Source of the DNA: Nemertoderma westbladi
Lineage: Eukaryota > Animalia > Xenacoelomorpha
Assembly (NCBI GenBank): GCA_032718475.1
Contig: JAUCBJ010008417.1
Span: forward strand, 1-44,104
Reading direction: 5' to 3'
Length of the DNA stretch: 44,104 nt
Shown here: piece after piece, positions 21,533 through 32,692 of the stretch
How the letters are laid out: each line of letters starts with the position of its first letter
Position numbering within the stretch: the stretch's first letter is position 1
Notes under the pieces: model-generated
The model's database searches: none
What the model saw: the letters and a program-made list of their open reading frames with translations, nothing else
What the model was told of the DNA's origin: nothing
Program-made: the position numbers and the translations under genes

Positions 21533-22692
21533 TTATTTCAAATTTACAGGTTCGTTTGCAATTCTGAGGTGCAAAATGGTACAGTGGTGTGGGGTGAAAT
21601 TGTCATCCCCTTCGGCGTCGCTGACGTCTTCATATATCGACGTAATTTCTGGTTTTTTCGCCATTAGTTCTAGCTTTCGCTTGATAGCTTTTTCCTTCAC
21701 TGCTCGCGGCGTTTTCTCCAGAGGTTCACTCTCTATTCCAATGGCGTCTTCTGTTTTTTTTTTTCAAAAAGATCGATTCTTTTCTCAATCGCTTGCGGCA
21801 TGCTCGCTGCTTGAGTAACATCGTTCGGCATTTCTATTTTCAAGAGATCCGAGTCCATCGCCTCATCAATTGCGGCCTCAACAATCAACCGTTTTACTGG
21901 TAGAAAGTCACACTCCTCCGGGAAAGGGTGTTCCATGTACATTTGTAATTTCTTAATTAGCTCGATGTTGGTCCGATTTCGCGGAATAAAAATAACTTTA
22001 ATTTCGAAGTTATGTGATAGATGCAAGCCGCGTTCGTTCACAATCGACGTATATCTTGCGCTGATTTCCTCAATACTTTCATTAGTACCCGCCTCTAACT
22101 CAAAGTTGAGTTTACCAAACTCATTCGCCCGGAGGTTCAGACCGTTATAATACAGAATGCCTACACCATTGTCTGTATTAGTTGCCTCCCAAACACCCAC
22201 AAATCGCTGACCTCCAAAGTCGAATATGTAACCAACATAGCTACAATTTTCAAATTTTAGCAGATTATCCCCGTCGATATCCTTCCTTTTAGGTTCGAGT
22301 CGCCCAAGAATTATATTCCCATAAATGCTGTGGGCAATATTTACAATTTTGCGCGTTATACCGATCGAAGCGCCACTTTTACTTATGCGCAGGTACTTGT
22401 CATTCACCGGTATGACAACCAAACTAGCCCTGGAATATTCCTTATAGTATTCCAGGCTCTCTTTTTTAAAGCCCAAAAATTCAAAGATGAATCTTATATC
22501 GTTGTAGCTCAGGCTAATTGACTCTTCTACCACAGTGCGGCCTTTGACGTTATTATATCTGCTCCACCGCATATACTTGCGGTCAAACAATTTCATCTCA
22601 ATTCCCTCTTCGGGGCACTCCAAGGCCCACATATTTTTCAGATTATGCACACTTACATTTGGGTTCGTAGTGCTGGCACTGTATGAAGCCAT
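21533..22692 (-). CDS. Accessory protein with possible PC4/Sub1-like domain(s); frameshift in an A11 run near 21760
   Basis: DFGGQRFVGVWEAT...NGLNLRANEFGKL resembles PC4 FKGKVLIDIREY...KGISLNPEQWSQL; reading continues in another frame (EDAIGIESEPLEK...VNLK*) to 21533. Confidence 0.5.
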
Positions 22693-23534
22693 AATTATTG
22701 ACAACAATAATACTTCTAACGTTTTTTTAAATAATTATAAATTTGCCAGTTCAAAAGCTCTATTACTAAGTATAGAATGTAGGACGCTATATTTATTATT
22801 ATTATATACAGTATATAATTAATAATGATGCAATAGTTAGTTGCGCAACATGTGTATGTTTATGTAATAATTACTAGATTAGCTATAATAAACTATAAAG
22901 GATCGACAGATGTTTTACTAAAGGTCTATCAATTATTATTCCATTAATTAATAATTAGCGAGAATACTGACGCTGTGCCCAGATGTTCCCATAATTTATT
23001 CTTATTATGTAATAAACGAAACTTAAGTAAACTATGAATATTTCTTAACTAATTAATATGCTTATGTATAGTGGTCCTTTTTCTCAATGGGAGCTATTTA
23101 TTATGTTGCACATGGTGTTAAATATTTTATTTTTGGGAAAGTTCTACCCCACACCGTTTATATAACATACTAGTACACAAGTACATGCGCCGACACCAGT
23201 TCCAGTTTAAATTGCACTGCGGACACCAGCGCAAGTACCACTAGCGAAATTAGTAATCGGGTGTAGTTTCACAAATTCTAATAGCTAAGCTGAGTACAAG
23301 TACCATACAAATAGCCGACACCAGTGCAAGTATCGCTAGAATCACAAGTGCTGGTACCGGGGTGAGTACTACAGTAGTACCGACACTGCAATGACCAATT
23401 AGATATAAGTATAGTCGAAGGACAACATTGTTTAGTCATGACAACGTGTGAACATCGCTATAGATAAGAAGAAATAAAATATTATAATATAAGCATTCTC
23501 ATTGGATAATATTTGTTTAATAATCGCCGTGACA

Positions 23535-24149
23535 ATGTGTGAAAACCTCGAGGGTATAGATAAAATAATTTTTTTGAATTCTTTATTCATTATATCATTT
23601 TTGTTTGGGAATGTCTTGTATGCAATAAAACAGAAAATGTTTACTACATTGCAATCTGAAAGTAATTATTACTGCGGCGCTAATTCAATTATACCAATTA
23701 GAGTTGAGTTGTTATCCGCTACAGCGCGAGCACCAGTTTGTGGGCCTTATTGTCCCGCTGGAATAGATATTTTCAGCTCCGTAATTAGAACGATAGAGCA
23801 ACACACGCGAATGCTCATTGGAACAGGCATTAAATTATATCTTCCACCCAATTTCTATGGAAGAATTTCTCCACCGTTTGCGCTATCGCAAATTGGGATT
23901 GATGTTGTGGAAGGTATATTAGATTCAAAACCGGCATGCGGGAATATAGACGAACTTATGGTTATTTTAATTAATAACTCACACCGAGAGTACACTGTAT
24001 CTATTGGAGATAAAATAACCCAAATTATCTTTGAACGGAGCAATGCTCCAATACTATATGTTTCTGAAGTTCGTACCGACGCCGAAGACCGTTTTAAGCT
24101 TCCAACGCTGGCATCGTATGAAAATGAAGTTAATTGTTCTTATTATTAA
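23535..24149 (+). CDS. dUTPase-fold protein with degenerate catalytic motifs
   Basis: AGIDI, LIGTGI, YGRISP, GILDS, GDKITQII; motif-2 RSG replaced by PFA; motif 5 absent; start uncertain (23535 or 23637). Confidence 0.85.
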   Translation: MCENLEGIDKIIFLNSLFIISFLFGNVLYAIKQKMFTTLQSESNYYCGANSIIPIRVELLSATARAPVCGPYCPAGIDIFSSVIRTIEQHTRMLIGTGIKLYLPPNFYGRISPPFALSQIGIDVVEGILDSKPACGNIDELMVILINNSHREYTVSIGDKITQIIFERSNAPILYVSEVRTDAEDRFKLPTLASYENEVNCSYY

Positions 24150-24336
24150 TGTAAAATATATTGTGGTTACAGACGGACATGAATATCATATAGCCAACAC
24201 AGAAAGCAAAATAACAATAACAGAGTATGTAATTAGGATAATCAGTCAGTTCAGTTATTTCCGATTGGTCAAGTAGTTTGTAGCAAGTATCGAGATAAGT
24301 AAGTAAGTACTGCGCCATATAGTAGTTCTGTTACAG

Positions 24337-24367
<31 letters not shown>

Positions 24368-24372
24368 TACAT

Positions 24373-27300
24373 ATGTATGTATATGTGTGTAGCATCTCTT
24401 TACCAACAGACTCATTAATGATGGATATTAAGTGTATTTTTTGTGGCTGTACATTACTGAAAAATAATTATTTACAACATTTGCGTTCGCATTTCAATGG
24501 CTATATTTGCAAAAATTGTGACTGCTATACCAAGAGTGAAAGAATAGCAATATTTCACCGCGATAGATGTTCTAGGTTCTCTCACCCGAATTACAGACAC
24601 GTAATTTATATGCGGACATGCCCAACCTGTAATAAAGAATTCGAAAACTTTGATTCCTATATTGGCCATGCTTGCCATCGACAGCACTATAATTCTCGCA
24701 AACGCAAACGAGCCCAACTAACATCCCAAGCGGAAGCCAACACGAATTCGACAAGTGTGGTCGATACTTCCACCATACCCGACACGGGATTTCAGCGCAC
24801 TAAAACCTGCCACGATTCACGCATTCAAGAGTATGTACACTATGTTCCCAATGATAATAGCTATCCGGATGTATCAAATTATTTAAACTTTATGAGCGCG
24901 CACGCTCTGAATGTTTTTAACTTGTTTGCCTCTAAATTCATGGATATGTTTTATAGAGTATGGCTAGTTACCAGCATAGTTATGGAACGCAGTCAAGTCG
25001 ATCATATTTTGCAAGAAGAATTTCATTTTAATTCTAATCGCGCTGATAATTCTCTAGAGGATGGTGAGGATTTCGAAGACTGGTACATATCTGCCACTTC
25101 TTATATCAACGAAAAATTATCGCAATTCATAACGCGGGGTAGTGGATGGCGGGTCATTTCGATTTCGCGCATGAAACTTACTGTTGGGGCATACTTACGA
25201 TCCGTATATCGATTTGGCCACAGCGGCGACGCCACCCATACAATACCTACAAAAATAAAAAATAAACATTGTGTAATAAATATAGTGTGTAATAATGGGG
25301 ATTGCTTTAAATGGTCAATTATGGCATCTAAATTTTCCAAATATTTATCGCATCCTGAACGCCAAAGTTCTTATAATCAGTATTCTGAGTTTTTCAATTT
25401 AAGTGAATTAGATTCCAACCTAAGCTGGAAAATTAATATTTTAAAATTTGAAAAAAACAACCCAAATTTTTTAATAAATTTATTGTATTTTGATAGAAAA
25501 ACTGAGAGACTTTCAATTTTACGCCAACCAACCGCTAAAAAGGCTGAGGGGAAAAGGTTATTAAATTTGCTACTCATCGAGAGCGAAAATCCGACATCGA
25601 CAAACCACTTTGTCGGTATTTCTCGATTGAATAGGTTATTTAATGGCCGAGGGGATGGGAATAGCGCAACGCACTGCCACCGTTGTGAGCGGTGCCTTCG
25701 CGGTATGTCTACTAAGAGAGCTTTGGAAAATCATAGAAAAAAAAAAAAAAAAAATTAAGTGTTAAACGGCACCTATTCCCAGTTGTCTATCACAACTTAT
25801 TCTCATACGATGCCCATTTGCTTCTAGAAAAAGGCTTCACTAATGAAAAATATAAAAATTGGGATATTACAACTATCGCAAAAAATACTGAAAAGTACAT
25901 CTCCCTTCGTATCGATATTCCATTGACAGAGGCAGTCAGCATGCTCGGTTACACTATTCCTGAAGCGGATTCCCGAGGACTTCCAACTAGCAAATCGATA
26001 ACCATCCAGTTTGTTGACTCGTATGCCTTTATGAGTTTTTCTCTCTCCAGCTTGGTCGAATTCTTAACAAAAGATGTTGGAAACTTAAGGGAAGTTATTC
26101 CACACACTGTAAAGCAAATGGTTAAATTATATCCCAATGTATCTGATGAGATTCTACGGCGTAAGTCGGTCTTCCCATATGAATATGTCAATGATTTGAG
26201 CAAATTGCAAGATACAAAGCTACCTAATCAGGAAGAGTTTCGCAGCGAATTAACATTATCATCTATCAGCCCCGAAGAATATACATTCGCCCAGCTCTCC
26301 TGGCAGCAATTTGGTTGCAAAAATGTATTCGATTACTTGGAAGCTTATTTACATCTTGATGTATCGCTATTAGCAGATATTTTTGAAAATTTCCGCAGAT
26401 ATTGCTCGAGTCACTATTCCCTTGAACCGACAAACTACTTTACTATGGCAGGCTTGAGTTTTGCAGCGGCTCTGAAATTTTCTAAATCTCACATTCGTTT
26501 GCTCGCTGACCATGAAATGTATATAACTTTCGAAAAATCCATTAGAGGCGGGGTGTCCTTTACTAACCTTCATCTAGCAAATTCAAATATACCAAACACG
26601 GAGACATACGACTCTACTAAACCAGAAGCTCATTTATATAATTTAGATTTCAACAGCTTATATAGCGGCTCTTTGTCTAGGAAACTTCCTTATTGCGGCT
26701 TTGAATGGGTGGATCCTGACGGCGTCGATATCATGTGTCTGAATGTCGATGGAAATTATGGATATTTCGCCGTTGTAGACCTCGAGCATCCCCAAAGCAT
26801 TCATGATGCTACAGCTGAGCTTCCTTTTGCGCCGGAGCATGTTAAACTTGATGACAGATTTCTCAGCCCATATATGGAATCCCTTTGGTGTCATTATAAT
26901 AGTGATAAAAAATTTCGGAGTTCGGCAAAAAAATTACTGTTAACACAATTTGATAAGAGCGAGTACGGTGTGCATGTTAAACTATTACAATTTTATATTC
27001 GACATGGCATGCGCTTGACTAAAGTTCATAAACTTATTAAATTTCAACAAGATTATATTTTTAAAGATTTTATTGAGTATAATACAAATCAAAGAAAAAC
27101 AGCCGCCAATGATTTCTACGATAAATTTCACAAAAGTTGCAATAACTCTATTTTCGGCAAATCAATGGAAAACCTTAGGGACCGCGTTTCATTTCGACTT
27201 TGTTCTTCGAGCGAAAAATGCAATCTATTATTAAGCAAACCGAACCACGAAAATTTAATTATGTTTACAGATACATTATCCGGCCATGTCCTTTCTAAAA

Positions 27301-27969
27301 CCGCGGTCTGTTTGAAAAAACCAATTTTTCTAGGTCAAGCCGTGTTGGATTTATCGAAGCTGGACTACTATAGCTTCTACTATGAGAAATTAAAACCTTT
27401 AGAATCTGAATTAAAATGTAGTATACATCTGCTAGGTGGGGACACCGATTCATTTTTTCTACAGTGCGTTGGCTTATCTCAATTAGAATTCTTATCTGCA
27501 CTACAATCAAAAAATGTTTTAGACGGTTCAAATTATCCCACTACCCATCCCTTGTATACAGTAGAACAGAAAGGGAAATATGGTTATCTAAAGGATGAGG
27601 GAAAGTCTATCTATACCTTAAGAGTAGTTCATTTTACTCAGACCAAAATGTTATAGTTTTAAAGGGGGGTCAGTACCAAAACGCGCCGCTAAAGGAGTAG
27701 CAAAGGTAGTTATAAATAAGAAGCTCTCTCATGAATCATATTTAAAAGTATATAACAACATTAGTGAGCACTACGAATATATTCAAAGGTTTCAATCGAA
27801 TTTACATAAAATATATACTCTTTCACAAAAAAAGAAATCATTAACACTGTGGGAGGACAAAAGGTACTACATATCAGCTAATGAAAGTGTACCTTACGGA
27901 CATTATAAAACTCACCTCGGGTGCAAAGCACCAACCCCAAAACTATACGTACCGCCCATTGTAGAATAG
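24373..27969 (+). pseudogene. polB: Protein-primed family B DNA polymerase with N-terminal zinc fingers, disrupted
   Basis: GSGW, GDCFKW, PVVYHNLFSYDAH (ExoII), FVDSY, YLHLDV..LADIFENFR (ExoIII), SIRGG, LDFNSLY, KSCNNSIFGK, GDTDS, PKCY, DKR..PYGHY; breaks at A18 (25737-25754) and ~27605. Confidence 0.95.
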
Positions 27970-27977
27970 CGACCCCA

Positions 27978-28526
27978 ATGTCTTTTAACATTGTCAACAA
28001 CAATATTAGCTTGAGGTTGGTCGATGGTTGTATATCATTTGATGCATTGGCTAAAGGAAATCTAAAGGGAAAAGTTGTGTTGAAACCCTTTCAATATATC
28101 GCTAAAATTTGTGGTGGGACATGTCTCTTTTTCCCGAGCGGTAAGGTCACTGTACTTGGGAAATCACCTAAAATTAATAAAATTATTAGGTATATATATA
28201 AGAATACTGATTATAAACTAACTTTTATTTCAATCAACAGCCAAACTTATATTATTAACAATCTAAACATAGACTATAGGAAATTAATGAAAACGGTCGG
28301 ATTTCATTTTTTAGATAATTATTATAATGTGGCGGTGAGATATGAACCAGAGATATTTAACAATATTCTTGTGTATTTTTATCGTCGGGGTAACACTAGT
28401 TCTAATATTATAACATTTTGCATTTTTTATACACGAAATGTTGTGTGTATGGCAAGACCTGGGATATTTCGAACATTTTTTCCAAAGTTTTTGAATTTTA
28501 TTGGTAATTTAGATAGTAATGTTTAA
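27978..28526 (+). CDS. TATA-binding-protein-like protein, 182 aa
   Basis: Two-repeat TBP pattern: FNIVNN / PFQYIAKI..TCLFFPSGKVTVLGKS and YEPEIFNNILVY / ITFCIFYTRNVVCMA; starts 8 nt after the pPolB stop. Confidence 0.82.
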   Translation: MSFNIVNNNISLRLVDGCISFDALAKGNLKGKVVLKPFQYIAKICGGTCLFFPSGKVTVLGKSPKINKIIRYIYKNTDYKLTFISINSQTYIINNLNIDYRKLMKTVGFHFLDNYYNVAVRYEPEIFNNILVYFYRRGNTSSNIITFCIFYTRNVVCMARPGIFRTFFPKFLNFIGNLDSNV

Positions 28527-28530
28527 TTTT

Positions 28531-29057
28531 TTCATTTCTGATGCCAGTTTTCAGGTTTGTCCAGTGGGATCTCGTTTGGATTTTAAATAAACGCGGATAT
28601 TATCATTATTCGCATTATTATATATAATATGTTTTATTAATGGTCTTAGGTTGTAAAGGGTACTGATTTCATTTCTGATGTCAGTTTTTACATTTACATA
28701 AATCTAGTCTGTCTGTCTGTCTGTCGGTTTGTCAGTCTTTCTGTCAGTCAGTCAGTCAGTCAAAACTTAAAAAAGTTTGAATTTTATTAGTAATTTGGGT
28801 AGTAATATTTAATTAGAAATTTCATAAAAATTTTTCGTTTTTGAAAAATTTAAAATTTTTGAAAAATTTAAAAATTTTGAAGGTTTGCCCTTTAGGATCT
28901 CGTTTGGTTTTTAAATGCGGATATTATCATTGTTCCTTTGATATATATATATATATATATATAATGTGTTTTATTGATGGTCTTGGGTTTTAGGGGGTGC
29001 TGATTTCATTTCTGATGTCAGTTTTTACATTTACATAAATCTAGTCTGTCTGTCTGT
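28531..29057. repeat. Non-coding insert with ~337-bp-period duplication and (TCTG)n, (TCAG)n, (TA)n microsatellites
   Basis: TTTCATTTCTGATG.CAGTTTT x3; GGATCTCGTTTGG x2; ACATTTACATAAATCTAGTCTGTCTGTCTGT x2. Confidence 0.8.
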
Positions 29058-29510
29058 TCATTCAAAGCTTTAATTAAAAAATTTGACGGGGATTTAAAGT
29101 TCTTATCTAACGCCTCCCCCAACCGTAGAAAAACCTTCTTATGCGTCGGTGGAACCGATGAACTTATAAGTTTTCTAATTAATATTATTCTTAATGTACT
29201 AAATGGTAACGTAAAAATTCCAGAGCAAACAATCACGAGGCTTAAACGTCACAAAAAAACAATATGCGAGATCGCTAAAAAACCAAAAGCCAAGTTTCCC
29301 ATCAGAATTTACCGCAAACGATTGGTTCAGCGAGGTGGGTTTATAAATCTACTAATCTCTGGTTTAATGAGTGGCCTTAACGCATATCAGAAAATATCGC
29401 CCATAATAACAGCCATAAGAGGTAGAAAATTAGCCCAATCTCGTCGGGGGTATAGGCCTAGTACCTCTGGTACACGCGTCAACCGCCAAGTTTCTAGATT
29501 CCCCATCTAA
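29058..29510 (+). pseudogene. Small basic Polinton virion-type protein with QRGG/F motif; start codon lost
   Basis: Frame is open upstream of the tracked ORF: DLKFLSNASPNRRK...ELISFLINIILNVLNGNVKI...LKRHKK...LVQRGGFINLLISGL. Confidence 0.75.
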
Positions 29511-29532
29511 GAGGGTGGAGACCTACCAACAA

Positions 29533-30179
29533 ATGACGTCATACGATGCCTCCTTCAAGATGGGGTCAGCTATGATTGTGGCGGGTCCCAGTTCTTCGGG
29601 AAAAACAGTATTTGTTTCCAAAATAGTAAAAAAGAAAACTTTGGTCTTTGATGTAGCCCCAAAACGTGTATTGTTCTTTTACGGAGCCAGCCCCCCCAAA
29701 TTCCCAGGTATAACGCATATATTCAAAGGTTTACCCCCGAAAATCAACTCTATTTTTCATGAAAACGATTTGATTATTATAGACGACTTGCTAAGTGAAA
29801 GTAAGAGTAATGAGAGTTTGACAGAAATCTTCACAAAAACGTCACAAAACTTCTTGCTTGTTTCATTATCTTTATCACGCATAATTTTTTTAGTAAAGGA
29901 CCGGAAACAAGAACAAGAAGTTTAAATGCTCAATATTGTGTCTTTACAAAAAATCCTCGCGACGGAAGTCAAATAAGTTATTTAGCACGACAGGTGTATC
30001 CAAAAAATACAAATTTTATTGTTCAAGCATATAATGACGCAACTCAATTGCCCTTTTCACACTTGCTTTTAGATTTCCATCAAAAAACCAGTGATAATAT
30101 CAGAGTTAGGGGAGATATATTTAATCCGTTGGGACAAACAGTCTATCAACCCATAAACGTGAGCTCTAGCGCAGTATAA
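29533..30179 (+). pseudogene. FtsK/A32-like genome-packaging ATPase, one frameshift near 29845
   Basis: Walker A AGPSSSGKT, Walker B LIIIDDL, then in the shifted frame THNFF..RTRSLNAQY..KNPRD..QISYLARQVYP. Confidence 0.93.
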
Positions 30180-30183
30180 TGAA

Positions 30184-30630
30184 ATGGTTGCTGTCGGAAA
30201 TTTTAAAAAATTGTATTTAGTTCCAACTTTATTACCAGATACTCAGGGAAGAAGCAATACTGCAATACCTCCGCTAGATGGTGTAGCAATTTCAACTCGG
30301 AAAGGCAAAAGATTATTAAGCTATTTAATGCGCTTCTCGCGTGACAGGGTGCGATGGGACGATAGTAATAATCAACTCTTTATAGAAAATAAACTTATAC
30401 CTAAGGCGAATATTTCCCATTTGATTGAATTGCTGACTAACAAGAAAAATAAGAAAAATACACACACACATAATTCCGGGGCAAGTGGCATTCATAGGGC
30501 TATTAAAACTTTTAAGGACGCCAAGAAAATTAATTGGTCGCGGTTGGTTGAAACGACGGGGGGCGCGCGCGGCTCCTCCTCCTCCCCTTACAAAACGTGA
30601 CAGCGCGTGGAAACAATACGTGGTGCCCTA
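30184..30630 (+). CDS. Polinton hypothetical protein between ATPase and integrase; probable frameshift in an (AC)n run
   Basis: KLYLVP, KRLLSYL, VRWD...IPKANISHLI, then PGQVAFIGLLK in another frame; pattern recalled from Polinton ORFs. Confidence 0.6.
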
Positions 30631-30713
30631 ACCAAATATTATGTTTTTTGAGCGTTTCATATTAAGTATTAACTGCCATTGTAAATGTTTTCCGTCACGA
30701 CTCTATACTACAG

Positions 30714-31787
30714 ATGGGAAGGATCAAGGAAAATCTAATAAACAAATGGCTAGGAAGAATATATTATGACGCTTCACATGCGGCTGGCTTCGCGAGTGTG
30801 GCCAAACTCGCCAAGGCCGCGAAGGTCTCGAGAAACCGCGCGAATGAATGGCTAAGCTCTCAACGGACCTATTCTCTACAGGCTCCGGCTAGACGCCATT
30901 ATCCTACATCAAAAATCTTCACGGGTGGTATTGGCGATCTATACCAAGCGGATTTGTGTGATATGCAACCTTTTAGGGGCGAGAATAATGGCTACGGTTA
31001 CATACTTACTTGTATTGACTGTTTTAGTCGGAAGGCGTGGGCGTTGGGTCTAAAACATAAAACAGGGGTCGAAATTAAAAGGGCCCTAGCCACAATATTC
31101 GAAGAAAGGAAGCCTAAACGACTAGCAGTTGATCAAGGAACTGAGTTTGTTAATAAATTGGTGAAAGATTTCTTACAGAACAATAATGTTCATTTTTATA
31201 CATTAGTTAGCCAATTTAAAGCTAGTATCTGTGAAAGGCTGAATCGCACCCTCAAATCTCGCATGTACAGAATTTTCACGAGGAGACAGAATAGAGAATG
31301 GATGAGTATATTGCCAAAAATATTGGTTGCATATAATAATTCAATACATAGAACCATTGGTATGGCACCAAACTCTGTCAATAAAAAGAATGAAACTGAC
31401 CTATTTTTAAAACTATATGGGAGTGTGGGTCATCCCAATAAAAGAAAACGTCGCGCGCAGCGTCGAGTTCATTTCAAGGTTGGTGATAAGGTGCGGCTGA
31501 GTTTAGCTAGAAAGCCATTTGACAAAGGTTATACACCTAATTATACAGTAGAAATTTACAGAATAGGATTGGATCGAGAGCCGTACCCTATGTACGAAGT
31601 TGTGGACTCGAATGGGCACGTTATAAAGGGGACATTTTATCGACATGAAATCCAAAAGGTAAAAGAACCATTTAATTTCCTACCAATTGAAAAAATAATT
31701 AAAGAAAAAGTAAATAAAAGCGGCAAAAAGCAATATTTGGTTAAATTTGTTGGTTTTACGACACATCGATGGGTTGATCACGTATAA
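30714..31787 (+). CDS. int: Retroviral-type (rve) integrase with C-terminal chromodomain, intact
   Basis: IYYD..AGF, YQADLCDM, CIDCFSR, VDQGTEF, ICERLNRTLK (D-D-E), YNNSIHRTIGMAP, IEKII...YLVKFVGF..WV. Confidence 0.96.
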   Translation: MGRIKENLINKWLGRIYYDASHAAGFASVAKLAKAAKVSRNRANEWLSSQRTYSLQAPARRHYPTSKIFTGGIGDLYQADLCDMQPFRGENNGYGYILTCIDCFSRKAWALGLKHKTGVEIKRALATIFEERKPKRLAVDQGTEFVNKLVKDFLQNNNVHFYTLVSQFKASICERLNRTLKSRMYRIFTRRQNREWMSILPKILVAYNNSIHRTIGMAPNSVNKKNETDLFLKLYGSVGHPNKRKRRAQRRVHFKVGDKVRLSLARKPFDKGYTPNYTVEIYRIGLDREPYPMYEVVDSNGHVIKGTFYRHEIQKVKEPFNFLPIEKIIKEKVNKSGKKQYLVKFVGFTTHRWVDHV

Positions 31788-31807
31788 TAATAATTAATTA
31801 TATTATT

Positions 31808-32692
31808 ATGGATTACTTACATTTAACGTTGACTTCCGACGCCAGTCTAGATAAATATCCCGATAACACTCCCAGCGATTTCACGATTGAGTTGTCCAAA
31901 CCTATCCCCGTCAGCACAGATTGGGTCGCGGGTCTAAAGGAAATACAGTATGTGTCGACCTATAGAAATATTGAACAAAGATCCGGAATTAGAATTGGTG
32001 AATATATGCTTGATGAGGATTTGGAATTTCATATAGCTCCATACAATCTTATAGAAATCGATTTTAATCTTGGGCTATATGCTTCTATTGAGTCAATTTT
32101 AAACCATATTAGAGTTTATTTGAAAAATCCCTCAATATCCCACCACGGTTTCAAAGATGTTCAGTTTAACTACCAAAAACATACATCAAAAATTCATCTA
32201 CATTGTAAGAAAGGTAGCTATTTCCAATTCTATGGAGATATAATAAATATTTTCAGGTTATCGAGTTTAAAAAATAATTTAATGGGTCTTGGGGCGCTTT
32301 GGGCAATACACTACAACGAAGATGATGGTTTATTGAACTTAGGCTGTAAGGATACAAACAAAATGGATGGAGTTGAATTCCCCGAACCTTGCGATATAAC
32401 GAGGGATAGACACACAATGTTTATATATACAGATATGATTGAACCTTCTCACGTAGGACATTCGATGGCGCCTCTTTTGCGGATAATCCCCTTGAAATGG
32501 GAACCATACTCATTCATCAACCAGGAATTCAAAAACACACATTACAAACAATTAAGAAATAAAAAAGTGCTCGATACAATTAGTATAACGCTTCGCGACC
32601 ATAAAGGAAAGCATATAGTCTTTCATGGAGGTAAAACAATTTTAGTTCTAGAACTCAAAAAACAACAACGGCGACAAAAACTACAAGAATGA
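31808..32692 (+). CDS. Minor capsid (penton-like) protein 1
   Basis: LTLTSDASLDKYPDNTPSDF..L..PI..WVAGLKEI at the N-terminus; FIYTDMIEP..VG..APLLR..I.I.LRD at the C-terminus. Confidence 0.88.
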   Translation: MDYLHLTLTSDASLDKYPDNTPSDFTIELSKPIPVSTDWVAGLKEIQYVSTYRNIEQRSGIRIGEYMLDEDLEFHIAPYNLIEIDFNLGLYASIESILNHIRVYLKNPSISHHGFKDVQFNYQKHTSKIHLHCKKGSYFQFYGDIINIFRLSSLKNNLMGLGALWAIHYNEDDGLLNLGCKDTNKMDGVEFPEPCDITRDRHTMFIYTDMIEPSHVGHSMAPLLRIIPLKWEPYSFINQEFKNTHYKQLRNKKVLDTISITLRDHKGKHIVFHGGKTILVLELKKQQRRQKLQE

